From contig CAVZQN010000008.1 of NCBI GenBank assembly GCA_963777505.1, forward strand, positions 192,001 to 256,000: 64,000 nt of DNA, written 5' to 3'. The notes under the pieces were generated by a model that saw nothing but the letters and a program-made list of their open reading frames with translations, did not search any database and was not told the DNA's origin. Shown piece by piece: positions 49,095 to 62,276 of the stretch. Within the stretch, counting starts at the first letter, position 1. Every line of letters starts with the position of its first letter. Source of the stretch: an uncultured bacterium. Its GTDB lineage: Bacteria > Acidobacteriota > HRBIN11 > JAKEFK01. A program made the translations under genes and the position numbers.

Positions 49095-49400
49095 TTTTTG
49101 CAGCGTGAGCAATCAACTCGCCGCAATTATAACAGAAAAAAAACAAAGAAAAACAAATCGATGGAAATTTTCTTTAACCATAATTGAAAAAAATCAAAGC
49201 AGTTACGTCTTGAGATTTCAAATTTAATTCTATAATTCTAATAGAATAGTAATACTTCCGAAAACTGGTTTGCACAACCGTGCTGCAGTGATTTTTGCCG
49301 AAATCGGTGCCTGAGATGCCAATTCTACCCAACTACTTTCAACCTCCTCAGGTACTCTCAAAATCTTAGTATATCGCCATCATATTTTCTTATAACGTCC

Positions 49401-49429
49401 TTGACAACGCTTGCGTACCGTTTTATATT
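49401..49429 (+). promoter_or_regulatory. sigma70 promoter of clpB
   Basis: TTGACA-N17-TATATT. Confidence 0.7.
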
Positions 49430-49465
49430 TATTTTTATAATATCGTCGACAGAGGTGTTCTTTAT

Positions 49466-52048
49466 ATGAGAATGGATCGCTTTACAATTAAGGCTCAAGA
49501 AGCTTTACAAGAGGCTCAAAGCCGCGCCGAGCAGGCCGGAAACCAGGAAATGGAGCCTGAGCATCTTCTTTTGACACTTGTTGAACAAAAAGATGGAATC
49601 ATCCCTCCATTAATTAAGAAACTTGGAGCAAATCTGTCACTTCTTGAATCCCGTCTTCAAGACCGGATCCAAACTTTCCCCAAAGTTTCTGGTGCTGGAG
49701 CCGGAAGCTATATTTCGCCAAAACTAAAAACGATTTTGGATGGGGCGGAAAAGGAAGCTGAAAAACTTAAAGATGAATTTGTGAGTGCCGAACATTTCTT
49801 GCTTTCAATGGTGTCAGCACAAAGCATGGAAGTGGGAAAAATTCTGAAGACGCTTGGAGTTCAGCGCGATGCAATCTTGAAAGCTCTTCAAGATTTAAGA
49901 GGCAACCAGAAAGTAACCGATCAAAATCCTGAAGACAAATACCAGGTACTCGATAAATATTGTAAGGATCTTACTTCCCTTGCACGTCAGGGAAAGCTGG
50001 ATCCAGTTATCGGACGCGATGAAGAAATCAGACGGGTAATGCAAGTCCTCAGCCGCCGAACAAAAAATAACCCTGTGTTAATAGGCGAACCTGGCGTAGG
50101 AAAAACTGCAATTGTCGAAGGACTCGCCCAGCGTATTGTCAATCGTGATGTGCCTGAAAGTTTAAAAGACAGACGTGTGCTCGCTCTTGATATGGGAGCA
50201 TTGATTGCAGGAACGAAATATCGTGGCGAGTTTGAAGACCGATTAAAGGCGCTCTTAAAAGCAGTCACAGAAAGCAGCGGACAAATTATCCTTTTTATAG
50301 ATGAGATGCATACGCTCGTGGGCGCTGGAGCAGCCGAAGGTGCAATCGATGCTTCAAATATGTTGAAACCTGCGCTGGCGCGAGGTGAGCTTCGATGCAT
50401 TGGAGCAACAACCCTGAATGAATACCAAAAATATATTGAAAAAGATGCAGCTCTCGAACGCCGATTTCAGCAGGTCTATGTAAAACAACCAACAGTAGAA
50501 GATACGATCTCCATTTTGCGTGGACTAAAAGAACGATATGAAGTTCATCATGGAGTAAAAATTAAAGATACCGCAATCATCGCAGCGGCAACCCTTTCAC
50601 ATCGGTATATCTCCGACCGTTTCCTTCCTGATAAGGCAATCGATCTTATGGACGAAGCCGCGTCCCAACTTCGCATGGAGATTGACAGTCTTCCGCGTGA
50701 AATTGATGAAGTTGAACGGCGCATGATGCAGTTGCAGATCGAACGTCAGGCACTTTTAAAAGAAGAAGATCGAGCCGCACATCAAAGGTTAGAAAAGATC
50801 AGCCAGGAGCTTGCGCAGCTTCAAGAACAAAGCAGCATTATGAAGGCTCACTGGCAGCAAGAAAAAGATTTAATCGGCAAGATCCGTCAATTTAAGGCAG
50901 AGATTGAGCAAAGCAAAATTGAGGAAGCAGCAGCAGAACGCATAGGAGATCTTAATCGTGTCGCGGAATTACGTTACGGTGTTCAAGTTCAATTGAAGAA
51001 TGATCTTGAAAAAGCAAACAAGGAATTAGAGGACTTACAAAAAAGTCAAAAGATGTTGAAAGAAGAAGTCGATGAAGAGGATATCGCTCAGATCGTTTCG
51101 CACTGGACAGGAATTCCAGTCACTCGAATGATGGAAAGCGAAATGCAAAAGCTGATTCATCTGGAGGAAATGCTTCGTAAGCGTGTCATTTCCCAGGATG
51201 AAGCTCTGGAAAAAGTCAGCAACGCTGTACGACGTTCTCGCGCAGGATTGCAAGATGTGAATCGTCCAATTGGTTCATTCATATTCCTTGGACCTACAGG
51301 AGTTGGTAAAACTGAACTGGCTCGGGCCCTTGCAGCAGCGCTTTTTGATGATGAAAAAGCCATGATTCGCATCGATATGTCGGAATACATGGAAAAGCAT
51401 GCAGTTTCGCGGATGATCGGCGCACCACCCGGCTACATTGGCTACGATGAAGGTGGCTTTTTAACTGAAGCAGTCCGCAGAAGACCTTATTCAGTAATTC
51501 TTTTTGATGAAATCGAAAAAGCCCATCAGGATGTTTTTAATATTTTGTTGCAGGTGCTTGATGATGGCCGTTTAACAGATGGAAAAGGACGTACGGTCGA
51601 TTTCAAAAATACAATCATCATTATGACTTCCAATATTGGCAGCCACGTAATCGCTGAAATTCAAAACGAAGAGCGGATGCGTGAAGAAGTTATGGATATA
51701 GTAAGAAAACATTTCCGTCCGGAATTTTTGAACCGCGTCGATGACATTGTTATCTTCCATCCATTAACCGAAAAGGATATCGCAAAGATTGTCGATATTC
51801 AGCTTGGAGTTTTACAAAAACTTTTGGATCAAAAACATTTGAAGCTGAATGTATCCGAAGCTGCGCGTGATTTCCTCGGGCGCGCCGGTTACGATCCTGT
51901 TTATGGAGCACGGCCACTAAAACGAGCCATTCAGCAGTATCTACAAAACTCACTGGCGATGGAACTGCTCGAAGGCAAAATCCATGAAGGACAAACGGTA
52001 AACGTTGACTACGATCCAAAAGCTGAAAAGCTTGTTTTCAATACATAA
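49466..52048 (+). CDS. clpB: ATP-dependent chaperone ClpB
   Basis: Clp_N domain, canonical NBD1 (KYRGEFE, IDEMH, LERRF), coiled-coil M domain (AELRYG), NBD2 with GYIG, no IGF loop. Confidence 0.97.
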   Translation: MRMDRFTIKAQEALQEAQSRAEQAGNQEMEPEHLLLTLVEQKDGIIPPLIKKLGANLSLLESRLQDRIQTFPKVSGAGAGSYISPKLKTILDGAEKEAEKLKDEFVSAEHFLLSMVSAQSMEVGKILKTLGVQRDAILKALQDLRGNQKVTDQNPEDKYQVLDKYCKDLTSLARQGKLDPVIGRDEEIRRVMQVLSRRTKNNPVLIGEPGVGKTAIVEGLAQRIVNRDVPESLKDRRVLALDMGALIAGTKYRGEFEDRLKALLKAVTESSGQIILFIDEMHTLVGAGAAEGAIDASNMLKPALARGELRCIGATTLNEYQKYIEKDAALERRFQQVYVKQPTVEDTISILRGLKERYEVHHGVKIKDTAIIAAATLSHRYISDRFLPDKAIDLMDEAASQLRMEIDSLPREIDEVERRMMQLQIERQALLKEEDRAAHQRLEKISQELAQLQEQSSIMKAHWQQEKDLIGKIRQFKAEIEQSKIEEAAAERIGDLNRVAELRYGVQVQLKNDLEKANKELEDLQKSQKMLKEEVDEEDIAQIVSHWTGIPVTRMMESEMQKLIHLEEMLRKRVISQDEALEKVSNAVRRSRAGLQDVNRPIGSFIFLGPTGVGKTELARALAAALFDDEKAMIRIDMSEYMEKHAVSRMIGAPPGYIGYDEGGFLTEAVRRRPYSVILFDEIEKAHQDVFNILLQVLDDGRLTDGKGRTVDFKNTIIIMTSNIGSHVIAEIQNEERMREEVMDIVRKHFRPEFLNRVDDIVIFHPLTEKDIAKIVDIQLGVLQKLLDQKHLKLNVSEAARDFLGRAGYDPVYGARPLKRAIQQYLQNSLAMELLEGKIHEGQTVNVDYDPKAEKLVFNT

Positions 52049-52081
52049 ACTTAATAGTGTGAATTTTTCTGCAATGACGGA

Positions 52082-52930
52082 GTGAAAAGAATGTCAGGAT
52101 TAAAAACTGCACTTTTATTTGGATTAATGACCGCGCTTATTTTAGGCATCGGTCAATTGATTGGCGGCCAGCAGGGAATGGTTATCGCATTTGTCGTTGC
52201 GGCTGTAATGAACTTCGTTTCATACTGGTTTTCGGACAAGATTGTGCTTGCAATGTATCGCGCAAAACCGGTGGATGAATCGCAAGCGCCTGAACTCTAT
52301 CGAATGGTTCGGGATCTTGCTCAACGCGAAAACATTCCGATGCCGAAGGTTTATATCATTCCAACAGACTCACCAAATGCGTTTGCAACAGGAAGAAATC
52401 CTCAAAATGCTGTCGTGGCTGCAACCGAAGGGATTCTGCAAATCTTAAATCGCGAAGAACTTCAGGCTGTGCTTGCCCATGAACTCGCGCATGTTAAGAA
52501 CCGCGACATATTAATATCTTCTGTCGCTGCGACTTTAGCAGGGGCAGTCATGATGATTGCTCGCATTGCACAATTCGGAATGTTTTTTGGCGGCGGGCAT
52601 CGTGATGATGATCGAGGCGGAAATCCGATTGGAATGCTCTTGATGGTAATTCTGGCTCCTATTGCTGCGATGTTAATTCAACTCGCTATCTCTCGTTCCC
52701 GCGAGTATGCAGCGGATGAAACCGGTGCACGCATGATTGGACATGGGGAGACGTTGGCAAGAGCCCTGGAGAAGCTTCATCAAGCTTCGAAAAGAATGCC
52801 TTTACCGGCAAATCCTGCAACAGCCCATTTGTTTATTATCAAACCATTTTCGGGAAGCGCTTTGATGGAGATTTTTAGTACTCACCCTCCACTTGAAAAG
52901 AGGATTGAACGGCTTCGAAAAATAGGCTAA
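52082..52930 (+). CDS. htpX: zinc metalloprotease HtpX
   Basis: [26 protein letters not shown]. Confidence 0.95.
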   Translation: MKRMSGLKTALLFGLMTALILGIGQLIGGQQGMVIAFVVAAVMNFVSYWFSDKIVLAMYRAKPVDESQAPELYRMVRDLAQRENIPMPKVYIIPTDSPNAFATGRNPQNAVVAATEGILQILNREELQAVLAHELAHVKNRDILISSVAATLAGAVMMIARIAQFGMFFGGGHRDDDRGGNPIGMLLMVILAPIAAMLIQLAISRSREYAADETGARMIGHGETLARALEKLHQASKRMPLPANPATAHLFIIKPFSGSALMEIFSTHPPLEKRIERLRKIG

Positions 52931-52966
52931 GGGTTTTTTACCACATAGATACACAAAGACATCGAC

Positions 52967-54754
<1,788 letters not shown>

Positions 54755-54757
54755 ATT

Positions 54758-54810
54758 AGTGCTGAGCAATGAGTAAAAAGTGCTGAGTGTGTAATTCAGC
54801 ACTCAAAACT
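54758..54810. repeat. short heptamer-repeat hairpin (TGCTGAG / CAGCACT)
   Basis: AGTGCTGAGCAATGAG...AGTGCTGAG-TGTGTAA-TTCAGCACT. Confidence 0.45.
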
Positions 54811-54839
54811 CACAATCAAGATTCGCCTTTATTTCGATG

Positions 54840-54869
54840 AAAGGAGCGCACTTAGCGCTCCTTTTTTTT
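54840..54869 (+). terminator. intrinsic terminator after groEL
   Basis: AAAGGAGCGC-ACTTA-GCGCTCCTTT followed by a T tract. Confidence 0.88.
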
Positions 54870-54997
54870 GCTTTTGCTAACTGACAAAAAGTGTACAGAA
54901 ATTAGGTCGTATTTTGTCGCGCTATCATGAGTGCTTCATGTCGAGAAAAAGTTGAAAACAGAAACTCGCTTTGTTATATTTCATGCAGGTTGGTTTA

Positions 54998-57277
54998 ATG
55001 CGGGATCCTATAGACTTTGGCGATTACAACGATAAGCTGAGTAAGTCAGGACGTGAAGTTCTCGCACTTGCTATTGAAGAATCCCGTAGAAGAGATCAAA
55101 ATTACCTCGCCGCAGAGCATCTTTTCCTTGCACTTGTCAAAGTAGAACGCAAACTCTTCGAAGAAATGGTTCGTGATTTGCGTCTGACTCCTGAAGACAT
55201 CATCAAAGATATCAGTCAACATCTTGATCTCAGCAAACAATATGTCGGAAAGGGACTGAAGATTACTTTCAGCATGAAATCAATCTTCCGATTGGCCTGG
55301 ATTAACACTTTTCAATGCGGCCGTTCCAAGATTGAATCTTTTGATTTGCTTTGCGCAATTTTTCAGGAAGGTAACAACATTCCTGTTGAGATCTTCAGAC
55401 TCTATGGCATCGAGCCCGAGCATGTTGTTCGAAGGATCAGCGATCGTGTAAAGAATCGCGAATTACAAGAAAAAGAACTCAAAAGAAAATTTGATCTTCC
55501 ACGTCATCTGAAACATTTCACAACAAACCTTAACTATCTGGCACGTCAGAATAAACTTCCTCCGATTATCGGCCGCGAAAAAGAAGTCGAAAAGGTGATT
55601 GAAATCTTAAGCCATGTAGATCGCCCAAATTCGGTCATGCTTTTAGGAGAACCTGGCGTTGGAAAGAGTGCCATTGCAGAAGGCCTGGCACAGCGTCTCG
55701 AATTCGAATATCACTCCGTTCCTGAAAGATTGAAAGGATGTCAGGTCTTACAACTTCATCTTAATATGCTCATCGCGGGGACCATGTTCCGCGGAATGTT
55801 TGAAGACCGGATTGAAAATATCATTACAGAACTAAAAGAGCGGCATGATTTGATTCTTTTTATTGATGAAGCTCACACCTTGATTGGAGCCGGTGCAGCA
55901 CTCGGTGCTCCAGCCGATGCCGCAAATATTTTTAAGTCTTCGCTTGCACGCGGAGAAATCCGGATTATTGCGGCAACTACAAACACGGAGTACAGGCAAT
56001 TTTTTGTTGAAGATGAGGCTCTCGCGCGAAGATTTCGAAGTGTGAAAATTAATGAGCCTTCATTGGAAGAAACGCGCCGGATTCTGGAAGGGCTCATCAC
56101 GCGATTCGAAAGCAATTATTCCGTCCGAGTTTCAGAAGATGCAGTTGAGACAGCGCTTGAAATGGCATCCCGTTACAATCGCGGTTTGCATTTGCCTGAT
56201 AAGGTAATCGGCTGGCTGGACACGGCTTCAGTTAAAGTGCAGATCCGAAATGACGAACGCGTCGTAAAGCGTGAGGATGTCGTTTCTGTAATCGCCGAGG
56301 AATCGGAAATACCGCAAGATCTTGTAAGTCGCGAGGTCACTGATCGTTTCAAAACACTGGAAGCTGACCTTTCGAAACGGATCATCGGCCAGCACGAAGC
56401 CATCAATAAGCTTGCACGCAGATTGCGCTTGAATAAAGGACCATTGAAGGAAAACTACTATCGTCCGGATGGTGTTTTCATGTTTCTTGGGCCAACAGGT
56501 GTCGGCAAAACAGAATTGGCTAAGGCACTTGCTGAATGTTTATTCGGGGATGAACACAAAATGATCCGTGTTGATCTTTCTGAATATCAAGATTCAGGCG
56601 TTTCGATTGAGAAACTGATCGGAATGCCCCGCGGCATTGTCGGCTCCGAACGAGGTGGTGTGCTGACTACGCAATTGCGAGACAATCCTTACACCGTTGT
56701 CCTGCTTGACGAAATCGAAAAGGCGCATCCTCATTTGTTGTCTTTATTTCTTCAGGCTTTTGATGAAGGATGGCTTACGGATGGTCGCGGCAAAAAAGTT
56801 TATTTCAGTGATGCAATTATTATTATGACTTCCAATCTCGGCTCACATTTATTCAAAAGCGCTCTGCAGCCTCTTGGCTATTTGAATGATCGTGAAAACA
56901 TTAACGTCATCAAACGGGACGTTATGAAAGATATGGAACGGATGTTCTCTCCTGAATTCCGGAATCGTCTGGATGAAGTTGTTGTATTTTCACCATTAAC
57001 AAGACAAGAAGTCCGCGCGATTGCTGAAAAATATTTGGCACAGGTGGAAGCAGCCTTACAATCATCAGGCAAGCGATTGATCGTGACTCCGGAAGCGCTG
57101 GAGAAGATCTCTTCAACCGGATACAACTATGCGTATGGCGCCCGTTTCTTGAAACGAACCGTTGATGAAAAGATCAAAATTCCTATCACAAATCTCTGGA
57201 ATGAATCTGATACCTTCATTGCCGAAGTCAAAGATGATCAAGTGGTCATCAATCCCATCATTGCCGAACTAGTTTAG
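54998..57277 (+). CDS. ClpA/ClpC-like Hsp100 ATPase with atypical pore loops
   Basis: Clp_N repeats, GEPGVGKS / FIDEAH / [13 protein letters not shown] / LLDEIEK, no M domain, LGY loop. Start uncertain (54971-54998). Confidence 0.9.
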   Translation: MRDPIDFGDYNDKLSKSGREVLALAIEESRRRDQNYLAAEHLFLALVKVERKLFEEMVRDLRLTPEDIIKDISQHLDLSKQYVGKGLKITFSMKSIFRLAWINTFQCGRSKIESFDLLCAIFQEGNNIPVEIFRLYGIEPEHVVRRISDRVKNRELQEKELKRKFDLPRHLKHFTTNLNYLARQNKLPPIIGREKEVEKVIEILSHVDRPNSVMLLGEPGVGKSAIAEGLAQRLEFEYHSVPERLKGCQVLQLHLNMLIAGTMFRGMFEDRIENIITELKERHDLILFIDEAHTLIGAGAALGAPADAANIFKSSLARGEIRIIAATTNTEYRQFFVEDEALARRFRSVKINEPSLEETRRILEGLITRFESNYSVRVSEDAVETALEMASRYNRGLHLPDKVIGWLDTASVKVQIRNDERVVKREDVVSVIAEESEIPQDLVSREVTDRFKTLEADLSKRIIGQHEAINKLARRLRLNKGPLKENYYRPDGVFMFLGPTGVGKTELAKALAECLFGDEHKMIRVDLSEYQDSGVSIEKLIGMPRGIVGSERGGVLTTQLRDNPYTVVLLDEIEKAHPHLLSLFLQAFDEGWLTDGRGKKVYFSDAIIIMTSNLGSHLFKSALQPLGYLNDRENINVIKRDVMKDMERMFSPEFRNRLDEVVVFSPLTRQEVRAIAEKYLAQVEAALQSSGKRLIVTPEALEKISSTGYNYAYGARFLKRTVDEKIKIPITNLWNESDTFIAEVKDDQVVINPIIAELV

Positions 57278-57299
57278 TTAACCGCAAAAGACTCAAAGC

Positions 57300-58610
57300 C
57301 TAGTGAGAGTTGGCTTTCCGGCCTATCCCGTAATATTTAAAGCCCATTTTCTTCATTCGGTCAGGACTGTACAGGTTTCTTCCATCAAAAAAGATTGGTT
57401 GCTTCATTGCGTTCCGAAGGCGTTCCATATTGAGTAATTTAAACTCACGCCATTCTGTTAGAAGGATCGTACAGTCTGCATCTTTAGCAGCATCATAAGC
57501 ATTCTTTGCATAATGCACACGTTTGCCGAAAATCTTTCGCGCATTTTCTATTGCTGCCGGATCATATGCGCGCACTTTACCTTTCTTCTCTAAAATGCGC
57601 TCGATTACTTCAATCGATTTAGCCTCTCGCATGTCATCTGTATCAGGCTTAAAAGCGAGTCCAAGTAGCGCAAAGGTTTTGTTTTCCATATCGCCCATGA
57701 CGCTCTCAATTCGTTTTGCAAACCGGGAAATACGGTCATGGTTAATATCGCAGACGGACTGCAATAGCGTGAAATCATAATCAAACTTTCGTGCCGTTTG
57801 GATTAGTGAATCCACATCTTTCGGAAAACAGGAGCCACCATAGCCCAGCCCTGGCTGCAGATGATGATGACCAATACGTCGATCATGTCCCATACCGTTA
57901 ATAACGTGCACTACATCGGCACCTGTCCTTTCACAAATGTCGGCGATCGCATTGGCAAACGAAATCTTCATCGCAAGAAATGCGTTGGAAGCATACTTAA
58001 TGAGTTCGGCGCTCTCAACATCCGTAATTAACATCGGACATCCAAGCGAGGCATATAACTCAAGAAGCGTTAAAGCGACTTGTTGATTCGGGGCGCCAAT
58101 AACAACACGGTCGGGCGAAAGTGTATCGCGGATCGCTGAACCTTCTCTCAGAAATTCAGGATTAGAGACAACATCAAACTTGATCCCGCTGTCTTTTCTT
58201 ACTTTTTCAATAATGTTTTTTACAAGATTGCCTGTACCAACGGGTACGGTACTTTTATTTACAATGACTTTGTATCGATCAATATTATGGCCGATTGCGT
58301 CAGCCGCTTCTTCAACCTGAGAAAGATCCGTTTCACCGTTTTCTTTTGATGGAGTTCCAACTGCGATGAAAATCACATCGCCCTTTTTTACCGCTGAAGC
58401 TAGATCGGTTGAAAATGATAGACGATGATCTTCCATATTTCTTTTTACAAGCTCTTCTAAACCTGGCTCATAAAAAGGAATTTTCCCTTGAGATAACTGC
58501 ACGATCCTGTTCTCATCTTTATCTACGCAGATAACATCGTTTCCAAGGTCGGCAAAAACGCTGCCGGTCACAAGGCCGACGTAACCTGTGCCAATGACTG
58601 CAATGTTCAC
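57300..58610 (-). CDS. ugd: UDP-glucose 6-dehydrogenase
   Basis: GTGYVG, NKSTVPVG, NPEFLREG, GGSCFPKD, AFKPDTDDMRE. Confidence 0.95.
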   Translation of the reverse strand: MNIAVIGTGYVGLVTGSVFADLGNDVICVDKDENRIVQLSQGKIPFYEPGLEELVKRNMEDHRLSFSTDLASAVKKGDVIFIAVGTPSKENGETDLSQVEEAADAIGHNIDRYKVIVNKSTVPVGTGNLVKNIIEKVRKDSGIKFDVVSNPEFLREGSAIRDTLSPDRVVIGAPNQQVALTLLELYASLGCPMLITDVESAELIKYASNAFLAMKISFANAIADICERTGADVVHVINGMGHDRRIGHHHLQPGLGYGGSCFPKDVDSLIQTARKFDYDFTLLQSVCDINHDRISRFAKRIESVMGDMENKTFALLGLAFKPDTDDMREAKSIEVIERILEKKGKVRAYDPAAIENARKIFGKRVHYAKNAYDAAKDADCTILLTEWREFKLLNMERLRNAMKQPIFFDGRNLYSPDRMKKMGFKYYGIGRKANSH

Positions 58611-58689
58611 TTCTTAATACCTCTCTTTTAAAACGCAGACTATTTCACGTTTTGCGTTTTAATATACATAGACACTAAATTCAGTGGGG

Positions 58690-60117
58690 TCAAGAATCGT
58701 TGTGGGAGAGCCCTCGAACGAGCGTGAGCCAGATAATTTTCAGATCGAGCAGAAGTGACCAATTTTCTATATAGTACAAATCGTGTTCGATTCTCTTTTC
58801 AATACTGGTATTCCCTCGCCACCCATTCACCTGAGCCCATCCTGTAATGCCGGATCGAACTTTGTGCCGTAGCATGTATTGCGGAATTTGTTCTTTGAAA
58901 TAGTAAACAAAGAAAGGACGTTCCGGACGTGGGCCTACTAAACTCATGTCCCCTTTTAAAACATTCCAAAATTGCGGCCATTCATCCACATAAAGTTTTC
59001 TTAAAACTTTACCAAATGGTGTCACACGCGGATCATTCGCCTGTGACATGACCGGTCCTGTTTCTAATTCCGCATCGACTTCCATCGTGCGGAACTTGTA
59101 CATTAAAAATGATTTTCCATCCAGCCCCATACGCTCTTGTTTAAAAAAGATCGGTCCAGGTGAGCGGAATTTTACAAGAAAAACTACAACCGGAAAGAAA
59201 ATCAATGCGATCAACATACCGCCTGCACCGAACATAATGTCCATAATTCGTTTGACAAATGAATCAAACCCGCGCATCGGAACGTCGCTGAGGTTAACGA
59301 TTGGAACCCCATCAAGGTCCTCAATCCCGGCGCGAATTGCGACATATTCAAGGATGTCGGGTACAACTTTGATATCAACGATTTCATTGCGAGTTGTATG
59401 AAGAATCGTTTTGACAGTGTCATGAGCGCTTAAGGGGAGCGCAATGAATAGGTAGTCTATTCTTAACTGATCCACTATCGTTGCGACTTCAGATGTTCGG
59501 CCTACAACAGGAAATCCAGATACAACCAGCTTTTCCGGATCATCATCAAGAAATCCTACAACATCGTATCCAAGCTCTTCATGCGCACGGATCCGGCTGG
59601 CCACAGTTTCACCAAGTTTTCCTGCGCCGACGATTAAAACTTTCTTGATGTTGTACCCACGTTTGCGCAGTTCTTCAAGCACTTTTCGGATGCCGGTACG
59701 GGTTAACATGATTCCCGCAATATCAAGAATCATGAAATAGAAAAATAGAACGCGGGCGGGTTCCATCGCTTCGGCAGCATCGATATTGCGTTGATGATAA
59801 ACGCGGTAATACAGGAGCATACCCCACAAAATTGCCGTTGCGATTCCAACAGAAGCTGTTACTGAAAAGAATTCATCAATGCTGGCGCGAGTTCTTCGTA
59901 TTTGATACAAACCGTGGAAGTGGAAAATTACTGGCCAAACAACCAAAAGTAGAGGAATGATGTTGATATATTGTTGAAGTGCGGGAACACCATATTTGAC
60001 CGGGATAATTTCGGTGTAAAAACGCAAATAATAGGCAAGCAGAAAGGAAACTATAGTGACAAGGACATCTCCCGCCAGAAAGATGGCCATCAAAACCTGG
60101 TTCTTTCCCTTAATCAT
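58690..60117 (-). CDS. undecaprenyl-phosphate glucose phosphotransferase (WcaJ-like)
   Basis: TM helices, IVGAG, KFRTM, GDMSLVGPRPERP, GITGWAQVNG, DLYYIENWS. Confidence 0.93.
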   Translation of the reverse strand: MIKGKNQVLMAIFLAGDVLVTIVSFLLAYYLRFYTEIIPVKYGVPALQQYINIIPLLLVVWPVIFHFHGLYQIRRTRASIDEFFSVTASVGIATAILWGMLLYYRVYHQRNIDAAEAMEPARVLFFYFMILDIAGIMLTRTGIRKVLEELRKRGYNIKKVLIVGAGKLGETVASRIRAHEELGYDVVGFLDDDPEKLVVSGFPVVGRTSEVATIVDQLRIDYLFIALPLSAHDTVKTILHTTRNEIVDIKVVPDILEYVAIRAGIEDLDGVPIVNLSDVPMRGFDSFVKRIMDIMFGAGGMLIALIFFPVVVFLVKFRSPGPIFFKQERMGLDGKSFLMYKFRTMEVDAELETGPVMSQANDPRVTPFGKVLRKLYVDEWPQFWNVLKGDMSLVGPRPERPFFVYYFKEQIPQYMLRHKVRSGITGWAQVNGWRGNTSIEKRIEHDLYYIENWSLLLDLKIIWLTLVRGLSHNDS

Positions 60118-61213
60118 CTCTCTTTAATTGTAGCTTTTCTTGAATTATGGCCTGCATTTCGCTTTGAAAGCGGGTGGGACTATAGCGCAAAGCCATCTCG
60201 CGCATGAACGCGACATTAAACTGCATTCCTCGAGCTTTGTCAACCGCTTCTCGTAAGCTTTCCGCCGTTAAGTCATTGAAAAACAAGCCTGTTTCGTTCT
60301 CGGTCACTGTTTCCGTAGCGCCACCCCTACGATATGCTAAAACAGGACACGCGCAAGCAAACGCCTCAATTACATTGATTCCGAAATCTTCAACACCTGG
60401 CTGTATCATCATCGAAGCCGTTTGATACAGCTCACGCAATCTTATGGGCTCGACCCTTCCAAGGAACTTTACATTCGATGATGCAATTTTCTTCAGCCAT
60501 TTTTCTTCGGGACCAGTCCCAACAATCATAAGTTTAAGATTACTGCTTCGAAAAGCTTCAATTGCAATTTCAAGCCGTTTATAGGGAACGAGCGCTGATA
60601 CAATCAGGCAAAAGTCTTCCCTTTTTTGTGCTGAAGGCACAAAAAACTCGGTATCAACAGGAGGGTACGATACTTGCGAAGTACGGCCGTAGTATTTTTG
60701 AATCCTTTCACCAATAAATTTTGAATTCGCAATAAACTCATCTACACGACTGTTACTTGCTACATCCCACATTCGAAGATAGCTAACGATATAGGGCAAA
60801 GTTTTCCTCTTCAGAAACCCTGTGCGATGATCGCCAAAATAATCCCAATAATGACTCCAAATATATCGCATCGGCGTATGGCAATAGCAAAGATGCACCG
60901 CAGACGAATTCGGAATGATTCCTTTCGCAACACAGTGGCTGCTGCTGATGATGAGGTCATAGGACTGTACATCGAAACTTTCGATAGCTGATGGAAAAAA
61001 CGGTAAATAATTCCTGTAGTTCTTCTTAACAAAAGGTGCTTTTTGCAGAAAGGATGTATGAATTGGATGCGCTTCGATTGTTTCAGAAACACTGCCTGGA
61101 AAGTGGAATAGAGTAAAGATCGGAGCGCCTGGAAACATATTGCAGAACTGTTCCAGAACTTTCTCCCCGCCGCGCATTCCAGTAAGCCAGTCATGAACAA
61201 GAGCGACCTTCAT
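60110..61213 (-). CDS. GT4 glycosyltransferase
   Basis: HDWLTGMRGGEKVL, YCHTPMRY, VPYKR, EDFGINVIEA. Confidence 0.93.
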   Translation of the reverse strand: MKVALVHDWLTGMRGGEKVLEQFCNMFPGAPIFTLFHFPGSVSETIEAHPIHTSFLQKAPFVKKNYRNYLPFFPSAIESFDVQSYDLIISSSHCVAKGIIPNSSAVHLCYCHTPMRYIWSHYWDYFGDHRTGFLKRKTLPYIVSYLRMWDVASNSRVDEFIANSKFIGERIQKYYGRTSQVSYPPVDTEFFVPSAQKREDFCLIVSALVPYKRLEIAIEAFRSSNLKLMIVGTGPEEKWLKKIASSNVKFLGRVEPIRLRELYQTASMMIQPGVEDFGINVIEAFACACPVLAYRRGGATETVTENETGLFFNDLTAESLREAVDKARGMQFNVAFMREMALRYSPTRFQSEMQAIIQEKLQLKRDD

Positions 61214-62274
61214 CGCGCAAACCTTCCGTAAATTTCCAGAAGTTGATGCGGGGATTTATCTGTCATGTACTCCTTCGCTTTCTTAGGACCTGCTGAGCGC
61301 AAGAGCGAAAGCTTTTGTGTATCGTGAATCAAACTCTCCAGTTTCGATGCCAGCGATTCAACGCTGTCTCTCTGGAAGAATTCTACACTGTCTCCCAAAA
61401 TCTCGCACAAAGCCGGCGCATCGGAAGATAAAACCGGCGTTCCACAACTCATTGCCTCTAGAGGCGGATACCCAAATCCTTCATACAGGGATGGAAAGAC
61501 AAAGAGCATCGCATCGGTATACAAACGATGAAGCAATCTTCCTTCTGCAAAGCCAAGAACACGCACTCTTGGTGTAGCAAAACACTTTTCAATCAATTCA
61601 GAAGCCGTATCATTTGACTTCCCTACCATCACAAGTTGTGGCGGATCTTTGAGCTGTTGAAATGCATCCACAAGAGTTTCAACCCCCTTGTGCCGTTTAA
61701 AGTTTCCAACATAGAGAAGAAAATTCTTTTCAATCCCAAGTTCGGAAAGATCCATTGGTGCAGCAGGTTGCATCCAATCGGGGCTGAGCCTGTTGTAAAT
61801 AACTTCCAATTTCTTTTCAGTAAATGGATACAATTCAGCAATATCATTCCTGCTTGTTTGTGAAACTGTCAGGATTAGATCGGCCTTCTCCAACGCGCGT
61901 TTCAACACGAACGATCCTGCACGTACTTTCCATGACGGATAAAATTGCGGAAATTTGTATTGAATCAAATCATGAACGGTAACAATCGAAGTCTTTTTCA
62001 GAGCCAATGGCAATGTGTAATGTGGAGAATGAAAAAGATCCACTGAGTGTTGGTTGGCCTTTCTGGCAAGACTATAGTGTTCACGTATCGAATACTTTGA
62101 GCTATCATCCGGAATCCAACTCACGTTTTTTGTGCCCTCAAGCGAGTCATACTGCGTGCAAAACAGAACGTAATTATTTTTCTGATCCGCTTGAATTGCA
62201 GGAAGAATTACATTTTTGATGTGCGTTCCGATTCCATAATCTCGCAGCTTTCGTACATCAATTCCAATCTTCAT
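61210..62274 (-). CDS. GT4 glycosyltransferase
   Basis: TVHDL, FPSLYEGFGYPPLEAM. Confidence 0.93.
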   Translation of the reverse strand: MKIGIDVRKLRDYGIGTHIKNVILPAIQADQKNNYVLFCTQYDSLEGTKNVSWIPDDSSKYSIREHYSLARKANQHSVDLFHSPHYTLPLALKKTSIVTVHDLIQYKFPQFYPSWKVRAGSFVLKRALEKADLILTVSQTSRNDIAELYPFTEKKLEVIYNRLSPDWMQPAAPMDLSELGIEKNFLLYVGNFKRHKGVETLVDAFQQLKDPPQLVMVGKSNDTASELIEKCFATPRVRVLGFAEGRLLHRLYTDAMLFVFPSLYEGFGYPPLEAMSCGTPVLSSDAPALCEILGDSVEFFQRDSVESLASKLESLIHDTQKLSLLRSAGPKKAKEYMTDKSPHQLLEIYGRFAR

Positions 62275-62276
62275 TA

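Noticed and set aside
49250-49375. GTGCCTGAG...CTCAGGTAC inverted repeat as an ncRNA or riboswitch
   Set aside because: Only a 9-bp stem around a long loop, with no family motif I can recognise.
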